The notes under the pieces are model-generated. The model ran no database searches. It was not told where the DNA came from and saw only the letters and a list, made by a program, of their open reading frames with translations. A stretch of DNA of 64,000 bases from positions 1 through 64,000 of IMG/VR virus record IMGVR_UViG_3300021197_000592; one strand, given 5' to 3'. Origin of the DNA: a virus. Shown here one piece after another: positions 44,601 through 55,500 of this stretch. The position numbers and the translations under genes are program-made. Every line of letters starts with the position of its first letter. The stretch's first letter is position 1.

Positions 44601-47600
44601 AAGGTGTTAGCAAGCAACCCGAATAACTCTGGTCTACAGGGAATGGAATCCACCAGTGAACAGGGAATAAACTTCAACAGTGGATTGAAACTCATCTCGA
44701 CTCCGGCTAACACCACTCAAACCATTACCACTAGTAAACTGAGAGCAACCTCAAACGAAGGAACATACTCCAAAGATAGAACACTTGGATATGACATATC
44801 CAATGTCAAGTCGCTCTCTACAAATGACTCCTTCTTCTCCTTCAACCTTGCAAATGAGAACGGAGTAAGTTCCACAACTCAGGATATTAAGACTGTAGCG
44901 AAAGATATGTTCCACGTGGTTGACGTACAAGAGAAAGCAGAGGGTACGACTACGATGACTCTTGCTCCTAATATGCCAGTTGTGCTTGGAAGACTTGATT
45001 CCAACACCTCTGACACTAGAGGTAATACCGCCTTGTACTTCGTTAATTCCAACTTGGATACTGGTGGTTTCGTTCATCGTCTAGCAGATACACACGTAGG
45101 CGCACATCTGAGTTTTGACCACGTTAACGGAGGAGGAACCACGAAGGAACCCGGAATATACGGGACCAAGGAGACAATGAGGTATTGGGATTTTCAAAGA
45201 TTGACGCCCGGCATACTAAGCACGACATACGATAGCATATACAACATTGGTCTAACACCTCAGAAGATACAGGGATATGCAATTGCCTACGGAACGAAAC
45301 TAGATGGCACAGTAACCACCCCCTCTACCACTCCTACAGGAAAGCCGATTCATGGTAGTAATACCCTCAAGGGTTGGGAGTATATTGGTAATTTCTATGG
45401 GGGCGGAATAGACCCCGATACCCTTGTCGAATCATATGATGCCTCCGATAGTGAGACTGCGTATGAGGCGGATATAGACTATGATGTCTTTGAGCAGATA
45501 GACCCACGGGCTACTACTTACGAACTACTGGCTACTGGTGATATATTGCCAAACTCAAAACTAAGAGATAATAACATTGGATACCACACTTTTAGTTTCG
45601 ATGAGTTCGGTGTTCTTCTAGAATCAGAGCCTAACGTAACGGGGACAACCAACCATGAGAAGTACACTGGAACAAGCCAAACTACATCCCAAACAGAGAA
45701 CATGTTTGAGGAGAACTCAATACAATCTGCAACGATAACCACTAACCAAATCAGGAGATTCGGGGTAATGAGACTAGTGGAGGCTACCTTTGATTGGCAT
45801 TTCAATCCGGTTGAATTCGATGCTCTGAAGAAAAGCGATGAGATTCCACTAGTAGGATACTTTGACTACATCACAATGAAAGACCCTACAGAACATCAAG
45901 ACACTGGTAGCATCACTGTAAACAATAGTGGTACTATAACTTCTGAATCCGTGACTGACACTGCGGGAGATATGTTCTATTCCTCTAACCTTGTCGGAGA
46001 TTTCCCATTTAAATCCACACTGCCTACCCAAGTAGCGGGTATCAATGGGTTAGTTGCTATCAAGAAGACTGATAATAGTAGTTTTGTGAGTAATAATGCA
46101 TTCACAATAAGCGGTGTAAATGGCTTTACTACTAGTGGGGAACTATTGAAATTTGCAGGAAGCAGTTCTAAACAAGGAGTACACCACTACAAGGTCTTTG
46201 GAACCACTGACTACAACATTGAAAGTCTAACCACTAGGGGCGGTCATGCTAATCTATTGACAGATTTGACACAGGGCAAGAACGCAATTAGATGGACTGA
46301 TGTATTTATTGCTAGACCTAGTTACTTTGGAACGAACTTCAAGTATGCCTTATTACAAGAGGACAGTGGTGACGGGTCTGACACATACAACCCGCATAAT
46401 ATCATACTGCCATTGATTGTGGAGGAACAATCTGCTAATGGGACTAATCGGACATCCAGAACCAAGCACCCATTCAGTATAGATGGGTTCACTGGATACA
46501 ATCACATCTCAAGGGTGATTTGTGGATTGTCTGATAGAACCTTCGCTACTCACGGTAGTAATTTCGGTGTAGGGGATAAGTTCGGACATGGGAATAGTGC
46601 CGCGATTGATGAGGGTAGCGCACACCCATATGCAGGTTGCATAGCACTGTTCAAGGATGTCAGAAGCAGTGCGGCGGGGGTCAAGTACGAATTGATGAGC
46701 AGTCCTTTGCAGTTGGACTCACACTCTAATTACACAGGATATATCTCAACTATATCAGGTGAGAACGACCACGACCAGCACACTAGGAATTGCATGATAC
46801 AAGAGTATGGCACTAACAATTTCCTTGCTATGCTAGGAACCAAGACAAAGGATGTCCAATACTTGCAGAATCTAGATGATAGCAATCACGATAGGCTATT
46901 TGAGAACACAACAACTAATACCGCATTGGAAGCATCAGGAGTAACACTCAACGATGGTGGCGGTATTAATGCTAATTCTACAACTACTCTTACCGTTGAT
47001 GGTAAGGATGCTACTGACCATTTCTCTGTAGGTGATATTGTATTTGATGAGAGTAGCGTACTCATAGGTGTGGTGGCATCACTTGTGGATGACGAAATAA
47101 CACTAGTTGCTAACAATGCAATTGCTGTGTCTGATAATGAGAACCTAAAGAAGCATGTTGTTCCTATCTCAACTCGTCTTAGAGTTGATGACCATAACAG
47201 CCTAGTTAACTCTTCTAAGGGGACTAAGGTAGATTCAGCCCAACTGTTGTTGAAACCCACACTCAGGCTAGGCACTGGGCAGGGAGTAACATACAGTAAT
47301 AGCAATAAAACGGCTACCTTCGTATTAGATGAATTGAACTATGTTAGTAATGGGAACCCTTGGTTGAGTTACATGCCTGATTTGACGGGACATTACATTG
47401 TCTCAGAGGAAACTACCCTTGGAGTAGATATCACTGAGACACAAACAAAGAGTTCACCTAAGTTCATCTCTAAGATAACCAGCCATGTAATCTCCACCGC
47501 CCCTTCCGGCTTTACTAATGAGCAACACACAATTACATTTGATAGGGCTATCGACACCAGCACCAACGGCAATGACTATCGTTTGATGCGTCCAGCAGAA

Positions 47601-49226
47601 ACGACCTTTGATTCCAAGAGAGATAACGTGGAATTCAACATTATGGATGATACTGGGCTAAGAGGAGATGTAGTTGTTAGTGATTTCAGAGATGGTTCAA
47701 CTAGTGGTGTCAGTGACAAGTACCGAGAAGGTGTGTTCTCCATGTACCTGTTAGTAGACATTGACCATTCCAATACGACTGGTAATCAGAACAAATACCT
47801 AGAGAAGAGAACTGGAACCGATGCGATTGCAGGTTTCACTAATGGTGAGTCCATCGATGTGTTTGTCACTGATGGTATTAACTCTCAAAGAACTCTGTTG
47901 AATGTGAGTACGACTAGGAAAAAGGGAGGGGGTGCTGCTACGGAAAACATACTGAGTTTCACTTTCGATGGTACACTAGACGGTAATGGAGTCGTATCCG
48001 TTGGGGGAGTGTTTGACATAACGCTTGGAAAGAGGCCACAATTGCAAAACCCGACTCGTTGTCATATAGGAACGACATACAGTGTTTCGTCACAATTGGA
48101 AAAAGAAGTCGAGAAGATTGTGAAGGAGGCTAACTTGGACTACGACAATGCACGTAGTTTCGCTAACCCAACCGGCATGATAGTGAATAGCGGTACGACT
48201 TCCTCAACCTCGATAACATGCACAGAGAATGTAACTGGAATAAGCGCAGGTGACGTTCTATTCTCCTTTGATGGACATCTGATTGGTGAAGTAGCGAATG
48301 GTGGGATATCGAATGCAGTCATAACACTGACAAAGAAATATTTCACTCCTTTGCAGTATGATGAATTAGTAAAGATAAACAAGAAGACGTTCGTAACTAA
48401 CATTAAATTCAACAATGAGAATATGTATAGCGCAGTCAACTCTTTAATCTCAAAACGCGGTTTAGATTACACTATCAAGAATGGGTCTTTCATTACAAGG
48501 AACATAGAGGACACTAGCATTCTCAGGAAACACGCATTGTCTTACAAGGAATCAAGTCGTTTGATAAAGGTCGGAAGCAACAAATCTATGTTTGACAAGG
48601 CGAATAAGATAATCGTTATTGGAGACAGGGTTCAATACGAACTAGAACAACCTACCAAGAAACAAACAAGAGCCATAAAGGTAGTTGATTCAACGATAAA
48701 AACAAGAGTGGATGCTGAGACAAAGGCAGTTGAATTAATGAGTATCTACAGCGGTGAAACTAGAAAGATAAACGTGGAAGTACAGAAGAAGGGACTTGAA
48801 CTGATAGAGGCAGGTGACATAATCAGAATGAACTTCCCTAACCACAACATACCAGTCAATGACTACATCGTGTTTGAGATAGAGAACGTTCTATCTGGAA
48901 CCCTGAAACTACAAGTCGGTACGTTTGACAAGACAATAGCAGAGAGATTAAGCGAACTGTCTTCTCAACAATCAGGGGACAGTACAGTGTTACTAGGTAG
49001 AGATGCTGAAATAAACAGTTCAGGTAAGTTCCTATTCGATGCAATTAAACTAAAGAACATCAGTTTGTCCTATACAATTACAGGGTCTTCCAATGCACTT
49101 TCTCGTAACTCTAACATGGGATTCGATGACTTGGTTGGATTCACCGAAGAAGTAGGATTTGAGCATAGTGTCGTTACCAAGAAGAGTTACAGAGATAGGT
49201 TCTACGAACAGGAGGACTACACATGA
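41610..49226 (+). CDS. very large tail-tip/baseplate protein (2538 aa)
   Basis: Beta-rich; C-terminal hub-like region (ANKIIVIG...IEAGDIIRMN). Confidence 0.7.
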   Translation: MGTTDKGKALFVMNAGKTESDITDDSTSFDYGDHATKKTEAYLSTSVNPLFVQNNLQYENSLIGTDSTCDYNNDPTITMDDTSILVVGMGVSGTGIPSGATVASITNSTTFELSVSTTGGAVTNGTLTFSKLVNSANFIEIRKDSHGGSISNDLADKVGNRLYPGNTTLTSFAQNRNETHSFKLKVFDSQVANSETNRKLVYSTSNYPATEEIGLDIENYDYFVLLNPDTVQMGADAVRPHFAKVTRIITFDEFGDGLEFSPPYPTEVPLNTKFEIYKGPAKTATDIVAVSYGLRGDTSSSTPKHDRVNVCSRPTWYFYDERLDEKNQLDYMTKYNATHLRWWGYSTNISITEVKEHAQFAVGSNTVKFITSGSSDTNKLSVGMSLFNASDVYLGNIESISSNDVLLDFARIAVSATTSDFNVKVGKTIQNVIFRTEGKFDNTIPSLGKERLDAVLVDANLTSDDSNSSDFYRWQNAFPKMHRHTANSDTTTATTLDGNLTGPGKYVTFELANFKNNRIPHVIDAIVNNPRNKMSQIGKFSIIDNSGLQHLKVQEEDDLIIQKNIHNDDLKLIAFHGTAARDSSNTSLIVLSDIKKETELRAILSTNDIVEIDGYQYVVNAVNAQSSGTQSFTVKDKKLRTANTWTGSAVAENFTGKTLFLTPYTGVLNTELEPDTEFNYTQSRLNIDGITVEKEKTKLYNARLVNGIFNGHDNKIDYGDRDNKYLKMQDSDRVFYQRSNENLSRFYYYKGAYAVSDTVFTGIVEDVTSSAENGLSTLNIVGRDETSQLLTQTITRDTLLLDDVVHTNVPPTLSHATTLTGFATEDSGVNVNGALSAGAYNSIVVDGTDPRTKFVVGDKIYKDDGTFIGVITVMANANTISLDSADLSTRPALADNHNLHKSVIIDNGQVVETLSGNVNATGYISLSPGGLSDLNVAPKRGGILMNQAGEFVGVVKDTSNNSVLYLFNSPVSTATVTTDLKYYHPYDSSFVNVMTGTKVLASNPNNSGLQGMESTSEQGINFNSGLKLISTPANTTQTITTSKLRATSNEGTYSKDRTLGYDISNVKSLSTNDSFFSFNLANENGVSSTTQDIKTVAKDMFHVVDVQEKAEGTTTMTLAPNMPVVLGRLDSNTSDTRGNTALYFVNSNLDTGGFVHRLADTHVGAHLSFDHVNGGGTTKEPGIYGTKETMRYWDFQRLTPGILSTTYDSIYNIGLTPQKIQGYAIAYGTKLDGTVTTPSTTPTGKPIHGSNTLKGWEYIGNFYGGGIDPDTLVESYDASDSETAYEADIDYDVFEQIDPRATTYELLATGDILPNSKLRDNNIGYHTFSFDEFGVLLESEPNVTGTTNHEKYTGTSQTTSQTENMFEENSIQSATITTNQIRRFGVMRLVEATFDWHFNPVEFDALKKSDEIPLVGYFDYITMKDPTEHQDTGSITVNNSGTITSESVTDTAGDMFYSSNLVGDFPFKSTLPTQVAGINGLVAIKKTDNSSFVSNNAFTISGVNGFTTSGELLKFAGSSSKQGVHHYKVFGTTDYNIESLTTRGGHANLLTDLTQGKNAIRWTDVFIARPSYFGTNFKYALLQEDSGDGSDTYNPHNIILPLIVEEQSANGTNRTSRTKHPFSIDGFTGYNHISRVICGLSDRTFATHGSNFGVGDKFGHGNSAAIDEGSAHPYAGCIALFKDVRSSAAGVKYELMSSPLQLDSHSNYTGYISTISGENDHDQHTRNCMIQEYGTNNFLAMLGTKTKDVQYLQNLDDSNHDRLFENTTTNTALEASGVTLNDGGGINANSTTTLTVDGKDATDHFSVGDIVFDESSVLIGVVASLVDDEITLVANNAIAVSDNENLKKHVVPISTRLRVDDHNSLVNSSKGTKVDSAQLLLKPTLRLGTGQGVTYSNSNKTATFVLDELNYVSNGNPWLSYMPDLTGHYIVSEETTLGVDITETQTKSSPKFISKITSHVISTAPSGFTNEQHTITFDRAIDTSTNGNDYRLMRPAETTFDSKRDNVEFNIMDDTGLRGDVVVSDFRDGSTSGVSDKYREGVFSMYLLVDIDHSNTTGNQNKYLEKRTGTDAIAGFTNGESIDVFVTDGINSQRTLLNVSTTRKKGGGAATENILSFTFDGTLDGNGVVSVGGVFDITLGKRPQLQNPTRCHIGTTYSVSSQLEKEVEKIVKEANLDYDNARSFANPTGMIVNSGTTSSTSITCTENVTGISAGDVLFSFDGHLIGEVANGGISNAVITLTKKYFTPLQYDELVKINKKTFVTNIKFNNENMYSAVNSLISKRGLDYTIKNGSFITRNIEDTSILRKHALSYKESSRLIKVGSNKSMFDKANKIIVIGDRVQYELEQPTKKQTRAIKVVDSTIKTRVDAETKAVELMSIYSGETRKINVEVQKKGLELIEAGDIIRMNFPNHNIPVNDYIVFEIENVLSGTLKLQVGTFDKTIAERLSELSSQQSGDSTVLLGRDAEINSSGKFLFDAIKLKNISLSYTITGSSNALSRNSNMGFDDLVGFTEEVGFEHSVVTKKSYRDRFYEQEDYT

Positions 49227-49555
49227 TAGTTAACACAGGGAAAGAAGCGTTGGCAACAACAATGGCAAGCACATACACGAAGGTAAAGGTTGGAAATGGA
49301 GGGGATGATACTGCTGCTTCACAAAGCGCGTTAGACTCCTTTGTGGCAGAGAAAACTGTCACTCCCTCTGTTATAGGGTCACAATTGGTTTGGACTGCAA
49401 CATTCACAGGTGCAGAGTTAGGGACACAAGGAGTATCAGAACTAGGCATATTCGATACTTCCAACACGTTATTGAGCCGAGTCACGTTCACAAACACCGG
49501 GGTTGTAGCGTCAGCGGATACTGTGACATTTACAATTAGAGTGGAGGTAGACTGA
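49223..49555 (+). CDS. small tail/fibre attachment protein
   Basis: MIVNTGKEALA...VSELGIFD...LLSR pattern of fibre-attachment domains. Confidence 0.6.
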   Translation: MIVNTGKEALATTMASTYTKVKVGNGGDDTAASQSALDSFVAEKTVTPSVIGSQLVWTATFTGAELGTQGVSELGIFDTSNTLLSRVTFTNTGVVASADTVTFTIRVEVD

Positions 49556-52500
49556 TGGTTAATTCAAATCCGGGCTTTCTAACTACTTTATCCGCTACTC
49601 CAAATACAAGAATAGTAGATGGCACAGACAATATCCACAGTGGAATAATCAATGCGCTGAATGTTGCAACTGGCGGTAATGCAGTCATCAGTGGGTTCAA
49701 CATAACACAAGAGGATGGTGGTACATACACACAGTATGATGTTGCGACTGGAAAGATACTGAGAGATGGAATATTAGTCAGCGTATCTGCTAGAAGTGAT
49801 ATCGCTCCGGGTGTAGGAGCAAGAGCAGACAATGACTGGTATGCTACAGTAGTGGTAGATTCTTCAAACGTAATACAAATCAGGACTGGCGGTAGTGGTG
49901 TATCTACTGCGTCTGTATCTACTCTAACGGCGAGCGACATTCCTGTTGCAATCATAAAATATCCAGCAGGAACAGACCATGATGCAGTAGACAGGCCTGT
50001 TCAGTTTCTAGGATACAATGGCTCTACCAGAGGGCTGAGCATACTCAACAGTGGTTCTGAGACACTCAGGATAAACGCAAATGCGACACTGACCAAAGGT
50101 TCAGCAACGCTGACTCTACCATCATCAACAGGAACGATAGCACTCACATCAGACATAACATACACATCTGCCATATCAGAAGGAAATTCTGGACTTATAC
50201 CAAGTGGTGGTGTAGGTACATCAAATATTGCAAATGATGCAGTGACTTACGCTAAGATGCAGAATGTATCAGGCACAGACAAGATACTCGGAAGAGATAG
50301 TTCTGGTGCTGGAATAGTCGAGGAAATGACTCCTGCTAATGTGAGAACGATGCTAGGCATCGAAACAGGTGCTACTGCTGACCAGAGCGATGCTGAGATT
50401 GAAACTGCATATCACAATCAGGTGGCACAAGTGTCCTCTGCTGAAAGAACAGCAGGAAACTCAACCGCAATCAAGAGGTATACTCCTGCTGATATCAAGA
50501 GCATGATTGATGCTCATCAGACAGATACAAACACTGATGTCACTGTTGCTAACCTAAAAACCAAACTAAACTCAGATTTTGGTGGAGACTTTACCATTGG
50601 TACACAATCAAACGACACTGCGATATTAAGTGGTCATCTAACAGTCGGTGGGAATCTTACGGTAAATGGTGCGACCCAAACAATCAACTCGACAGTCGTA
50701 ACAATCGATGACCCTGTATTCACTCTAGGAGGAGATAGTGCAGGAACCAATGATGATAAAGACAGAGGAATTGAATTCAAATGGCATGATGGTGCTAACC
50801 CCAAAGTAGGTTTCTTCGGGTTCGATGACAGTGTAGGTAAGTTCACATTCATACCAGATTCAACAAACTCAAGTGAGGTCTTCTCCGGCACTGCTGGAAC
50901 CATTGTAGCAAACCTAGAGGGAGCAGTTACCGGAAACGCTTCCACTGCAACTGCTTTGGCTACATCTAGGAATTTTAGCATCACTGGTGATGTGACTGCG
51001 GGCGCAATTGGATTCACTGGTGCTGGTAATGTAGCGCTTTCAACTACCCTAGCAGATGATGCTGTGGCAACGGCCAAGATTGCTGACGATGCAGTTACCA
51101 GTGCTAAGATTGCAGATGCTACGATTGCCACAGGAAACTTAGCCGATGATTCTGTTACATTCGCAAAGATGCAGGATACTTCGACTAACAACCGTGTGCT
51201 AGGCGCAACGACTGCTGGAACAATCGGAGAAGTGCAAGTCGCTACTGCAATGGTAGCAGACGATGCGATAACATCGGCAAAGATAGCAGATGATGCTGTT
51301 GGGGCTGACCAACTGGCCTCTAACGCTGTTGTGAACGCAAGTGTCGCTAGTAATGCGGCAATAGCACAAAGCAAGATAGATGGCTTGGTATCCGCTCTGA
51401 GTGGAAAGGAACCAAGTCAAACCATTGGTGATGGACTAGATAGAACTAGTGCTACATTGAAGGTTGACATCGATGGACTGACGATTGAGAACGGCATAGA
51501 CAGAACTGCTGATTTCATAATGTATGATGATGCTACCAATGGGCTTAGGAGAATCAATCCTGCTAACCTCTTTGGGCTACTGATTGCTTCCGATGTTCCT
51601 GATATTAGTTCTGCATACAGAGCAACTGGAACGGCTCTTGTGAATGCAGACATCTCAAACAGTGCTGCAATAAGCGCAGACAAGATTGCTGATGGTTCGA
51701 CTAACAAGGTCTTCACGGCTACACTGAAATCAAAACTTGATGGAGTTGCCGCTGGTGCTACTGCTGGTGCTGACTGGTCTAGCAATGTGTCTAATATTTC
51801 TGTAGCCAACTCCCAACTTGCAGGTAGTATCGCTAATGCAAAACTTGCTAACTCATCAGTTACTATCAATAGCAACTCATTGAATCTCGGTGGGACTCTA
51901 ACATTAGATACTGATGATTTCGCAGAGGGAACTAACAAGTTCTATACTGATGAAAGAGTTGATGACAGAGTAAACACTCTTATCACAGATGGAGAGGGAA
52001 TAACCACTACTTACAATGATAGTTCAAACACCCTTACACTAGCGGCAGAACTCGCTACCACATCGAACAAAGGTGTAGCATCTTTCTCCTCTGCTCACTT
52101 TGATGTAACATCAGGAGCAGTATCGATAAAGGCCGCTAGTATATCTGATTCACAAATAGCAAGTAATGGTAGTATAGCACAAAGCAAAATAGCAAATTTA
52201 GTTTCCAACCTTTCCGATAAGATTGAAAATCTAGGTGATTTGAGCATCACCTCTTCTGCCACTGAGTTAAATGTCTTGGATGGGATACCAGCGACACTCA
52301 CGGCAACTGAATTGGGATATGTTGACGGTGTAACCTCTGCCATACAGACTCAACTAAACAGTAAGTTGTCTTCAGTGGCAGTAGCAGATTTAACCGATAT
52401 AAACTCACTAAGCACAAGCATCAACACTAACTCCACACATACTCAATTAGCCACGGCCAAGGCAGTTAAGGATTACATTACTCAACAGCAGGTAGAGGAC

Positions 52501-55500
52501 CGAACATATACAATATCTGCGACACTAGACGGAGGAAGCACTCCTCTGCTTACGATATCAGACCAGTTTGGAGGTAGTTCTACTGTAGCCGTAACTGGTG
52601 GAGATAGAATAACTACTACGGTGATTTCTGATAGATTACATATTTCTGATTCAGGAAAGGGAGGAGTCGCTAGTGCGGCTTTCAACCAAGGACTACTGAC
52701 GCTAACTCACGATGATGGAACAACTACCACCGCTACTGTTCCTGACTCTACGACTGATGCTCATGGTCTAATGACTGACGACCAGTTTGATAAACTGGCG
52801 GCGATAGAAGCCCAAGCAGATGTTACCGATAAAGCAAATGTGGTGGCTTCTCTTGGACTTCTTAATGAGAGCGACACTCTTTACCTTGGTGACGCTGGCA
52901 ATGATACTACTGTTAGGGTCAGGGGTAATTTCTTCGTAGACGGGACGACCACCACAATTAATCAAACTGAGATTAACGTACAAGACGCAATCAAGTTTGA
53001 GGGGCAGACTGCTGATGACCACGAAACCATCCTTCGTATCATAGACCCGACTGCTGACAGGGTAATTTCTCTACCTGATATCACTGGTACGGTTGTCACA
53101 ACAGGAGATTCACAGACTATTGCTACTGGTATGATAGCAAATCTAGGAGTGACAACAGGCAAGATAGCGAGCAACGCAGTCAGTAGTGGTAAATTAGCAA
53201 CAGGAGCAGTGGCAACTGCTAAGATTGCGGATGACGCTGTAACAGGAGCGAAGATTGATTTCATCGATGACTCAATTGCGGCTACAGATACTCACATAAT
53301 GGTAGCAGATGGGACTGACTACAACAACGTAGCAATGTCGGGTGACGCAACTCTAGCCAATGATGGTGTCCTAACGATAGCAAACCTCGCAGTAGAGACA
53401 GGAATGTTGGCGAATCTAGGAGTGACCACTGCTAAGATTGCCGCAGATGCAATCACTGGTGCTAAGATAGCAGATGATGCAATAAACTCTGAGCATTACA
53501 CTAATGGGTCAATTGATGAGGCTCACATCGCAGACAATGCAGTTACCGTTTCTAAGATAAGTGGGTTAACGAGTCTAGGCAGTGGAACTGTAATTAGTTC
53601 TGCTGAGAGAACCAAACTATCTGGAATAGCGACTTCTGCTGATGTTACTGGCACTACGAATGTAAATGCCGCAGGTGCGGTAATGCACACAGATATCCCT
53701 GATTCAGATACAGGATTCGTAAAGAGGACTGGTTCGGAGACTTATGACATTGATACTAATACATATCTTACTTCTCTAGCCGTTACTGGTTTAAGTGACA
53801 TTGCCCAATTAGAACAGAATCTTGCAAGTATCACTGATGACCATGCAGGGCTTGCTACTGCAAAGGCAGTCAAGGCTTATGTGGATAGCATTCCCGGTGG
53901 CGTAGGTGGAATGTCATTCGTCTTAGAAGACGGTGATGGAACAGAACTTACGATTGCTGATTCTAAGGAAATTAAGTTTGTACCTGCTTCAAGCCTTCTC
54001 ACAATAAACTGGACAGATGTTGACAACGGTACGGATGCTGACCCATACGACCTGACTTTCACAGTAGACAATGACCTTGCAAACTATGACAACTCAAGCA
54101 GTTCATTCGCAACTACGACTGCATTGACTAATGCAACTGCGGCTACTGCGATAACTGGAAAGGTTCTGACAAATCTAGGAAGTGGGACTGGTGGAGCAAT
54201 AGCGGCAGGAGATACGATTCTAGCCGCAATGCAGAAACTAGAGACTAGGACTGCACTGAATGATGCTAAGGTAACCAACACGGATGTCAACGTAAACGTA
54301 TCAAATCTAACTGCTAGACTACCACAGATTACTGAGAGTGTCACAATTGGTGATGCAACAGATGTCACTGTGACAACATCAGGAGCATTGGTCGTCACTG
54401 GTAACTTGACTGTCAACGGCACGACTACCACTCTTGACACTACGAACCTAGCAATCGAGGACAAGAACATAGTTCTAGGAACTGGTAACAGCGGCTCTGA
54501 GGTTCTGGATGCGACTGGTCTGACTCTAGAGGGAGGCTCTGGTGACGATGTTACGTTCCAGTATAATGCAAGTGCAGATAGGATGGAACTCAAGCATGGC
54601 TCTGCATTTGAGGATTTCAAAGCAGGTACAATCCTTGCAGCATTTACTGGTGACTTAACTGGTGATGTGACGGGTAATGCTGACACTGCTACAACTCTCG
54701 CTACGGCTAGAAGCATAGCAGGTAAGTCATTCAATGGCTCTGCTGATATTACCATAGCAACAACTGACCTATCTGACATCAGTGCATTAGATACTGACCT
54801 TTCATCTGTAAGTGCCAATGATGACTCTCTTGCTAGTGCGAAGGCAATCAAGGCTTATGTTGATGCTCAAGTAGATACTGAGGATACGATTGCTGAGTTG
54901 AATGACACGAACATCGGTTCTCTATCAGCAGGTCATCTACTCATCTACGACTCTACTGCTGGTGTATTCGATAACGCTATACCAACAGGAAGCGATACTA
55001 GCACAATAGACATGACCGTAACTGGTGGAGATGGAACACTAGCAATCTCTGCTGATTTGAAAGACCCGAATTCTCTGACTGAGATGACAGACGATGGTGC
55101 TAGTTCTACTCGGACTGCGGCAACTGCTGACCAGATACTAGTTTGGGAGGATGACCCCGGTGCTTTCAGGAAGATGACACTGGCAAACCTATCAGACTTC
55201 GCTGTGCAAAATGGTGCTGGTGGTATCAGCACATTCAAGACGATATCAGTTAGTGGACAGGATGACATTGTAGCAGATGACACTGCTGATACTCTAACAC
55301 TAACTGCGGGTTCAGGAATCACAATAGCAAATACTGCGGCAAGTGATACCATTGCATTCTCGATAGCGGCTGGTGCGATTGCTAATACAATGCTTGCAAA
55401 TGACTCCGTGAGTTTCGGTGGAGTAAGTCTAGACTTAGGACAATCAGATGCCACACCAGCATTTGATTTGGCAGATGCCACTAATTATCCTACTTCATCT

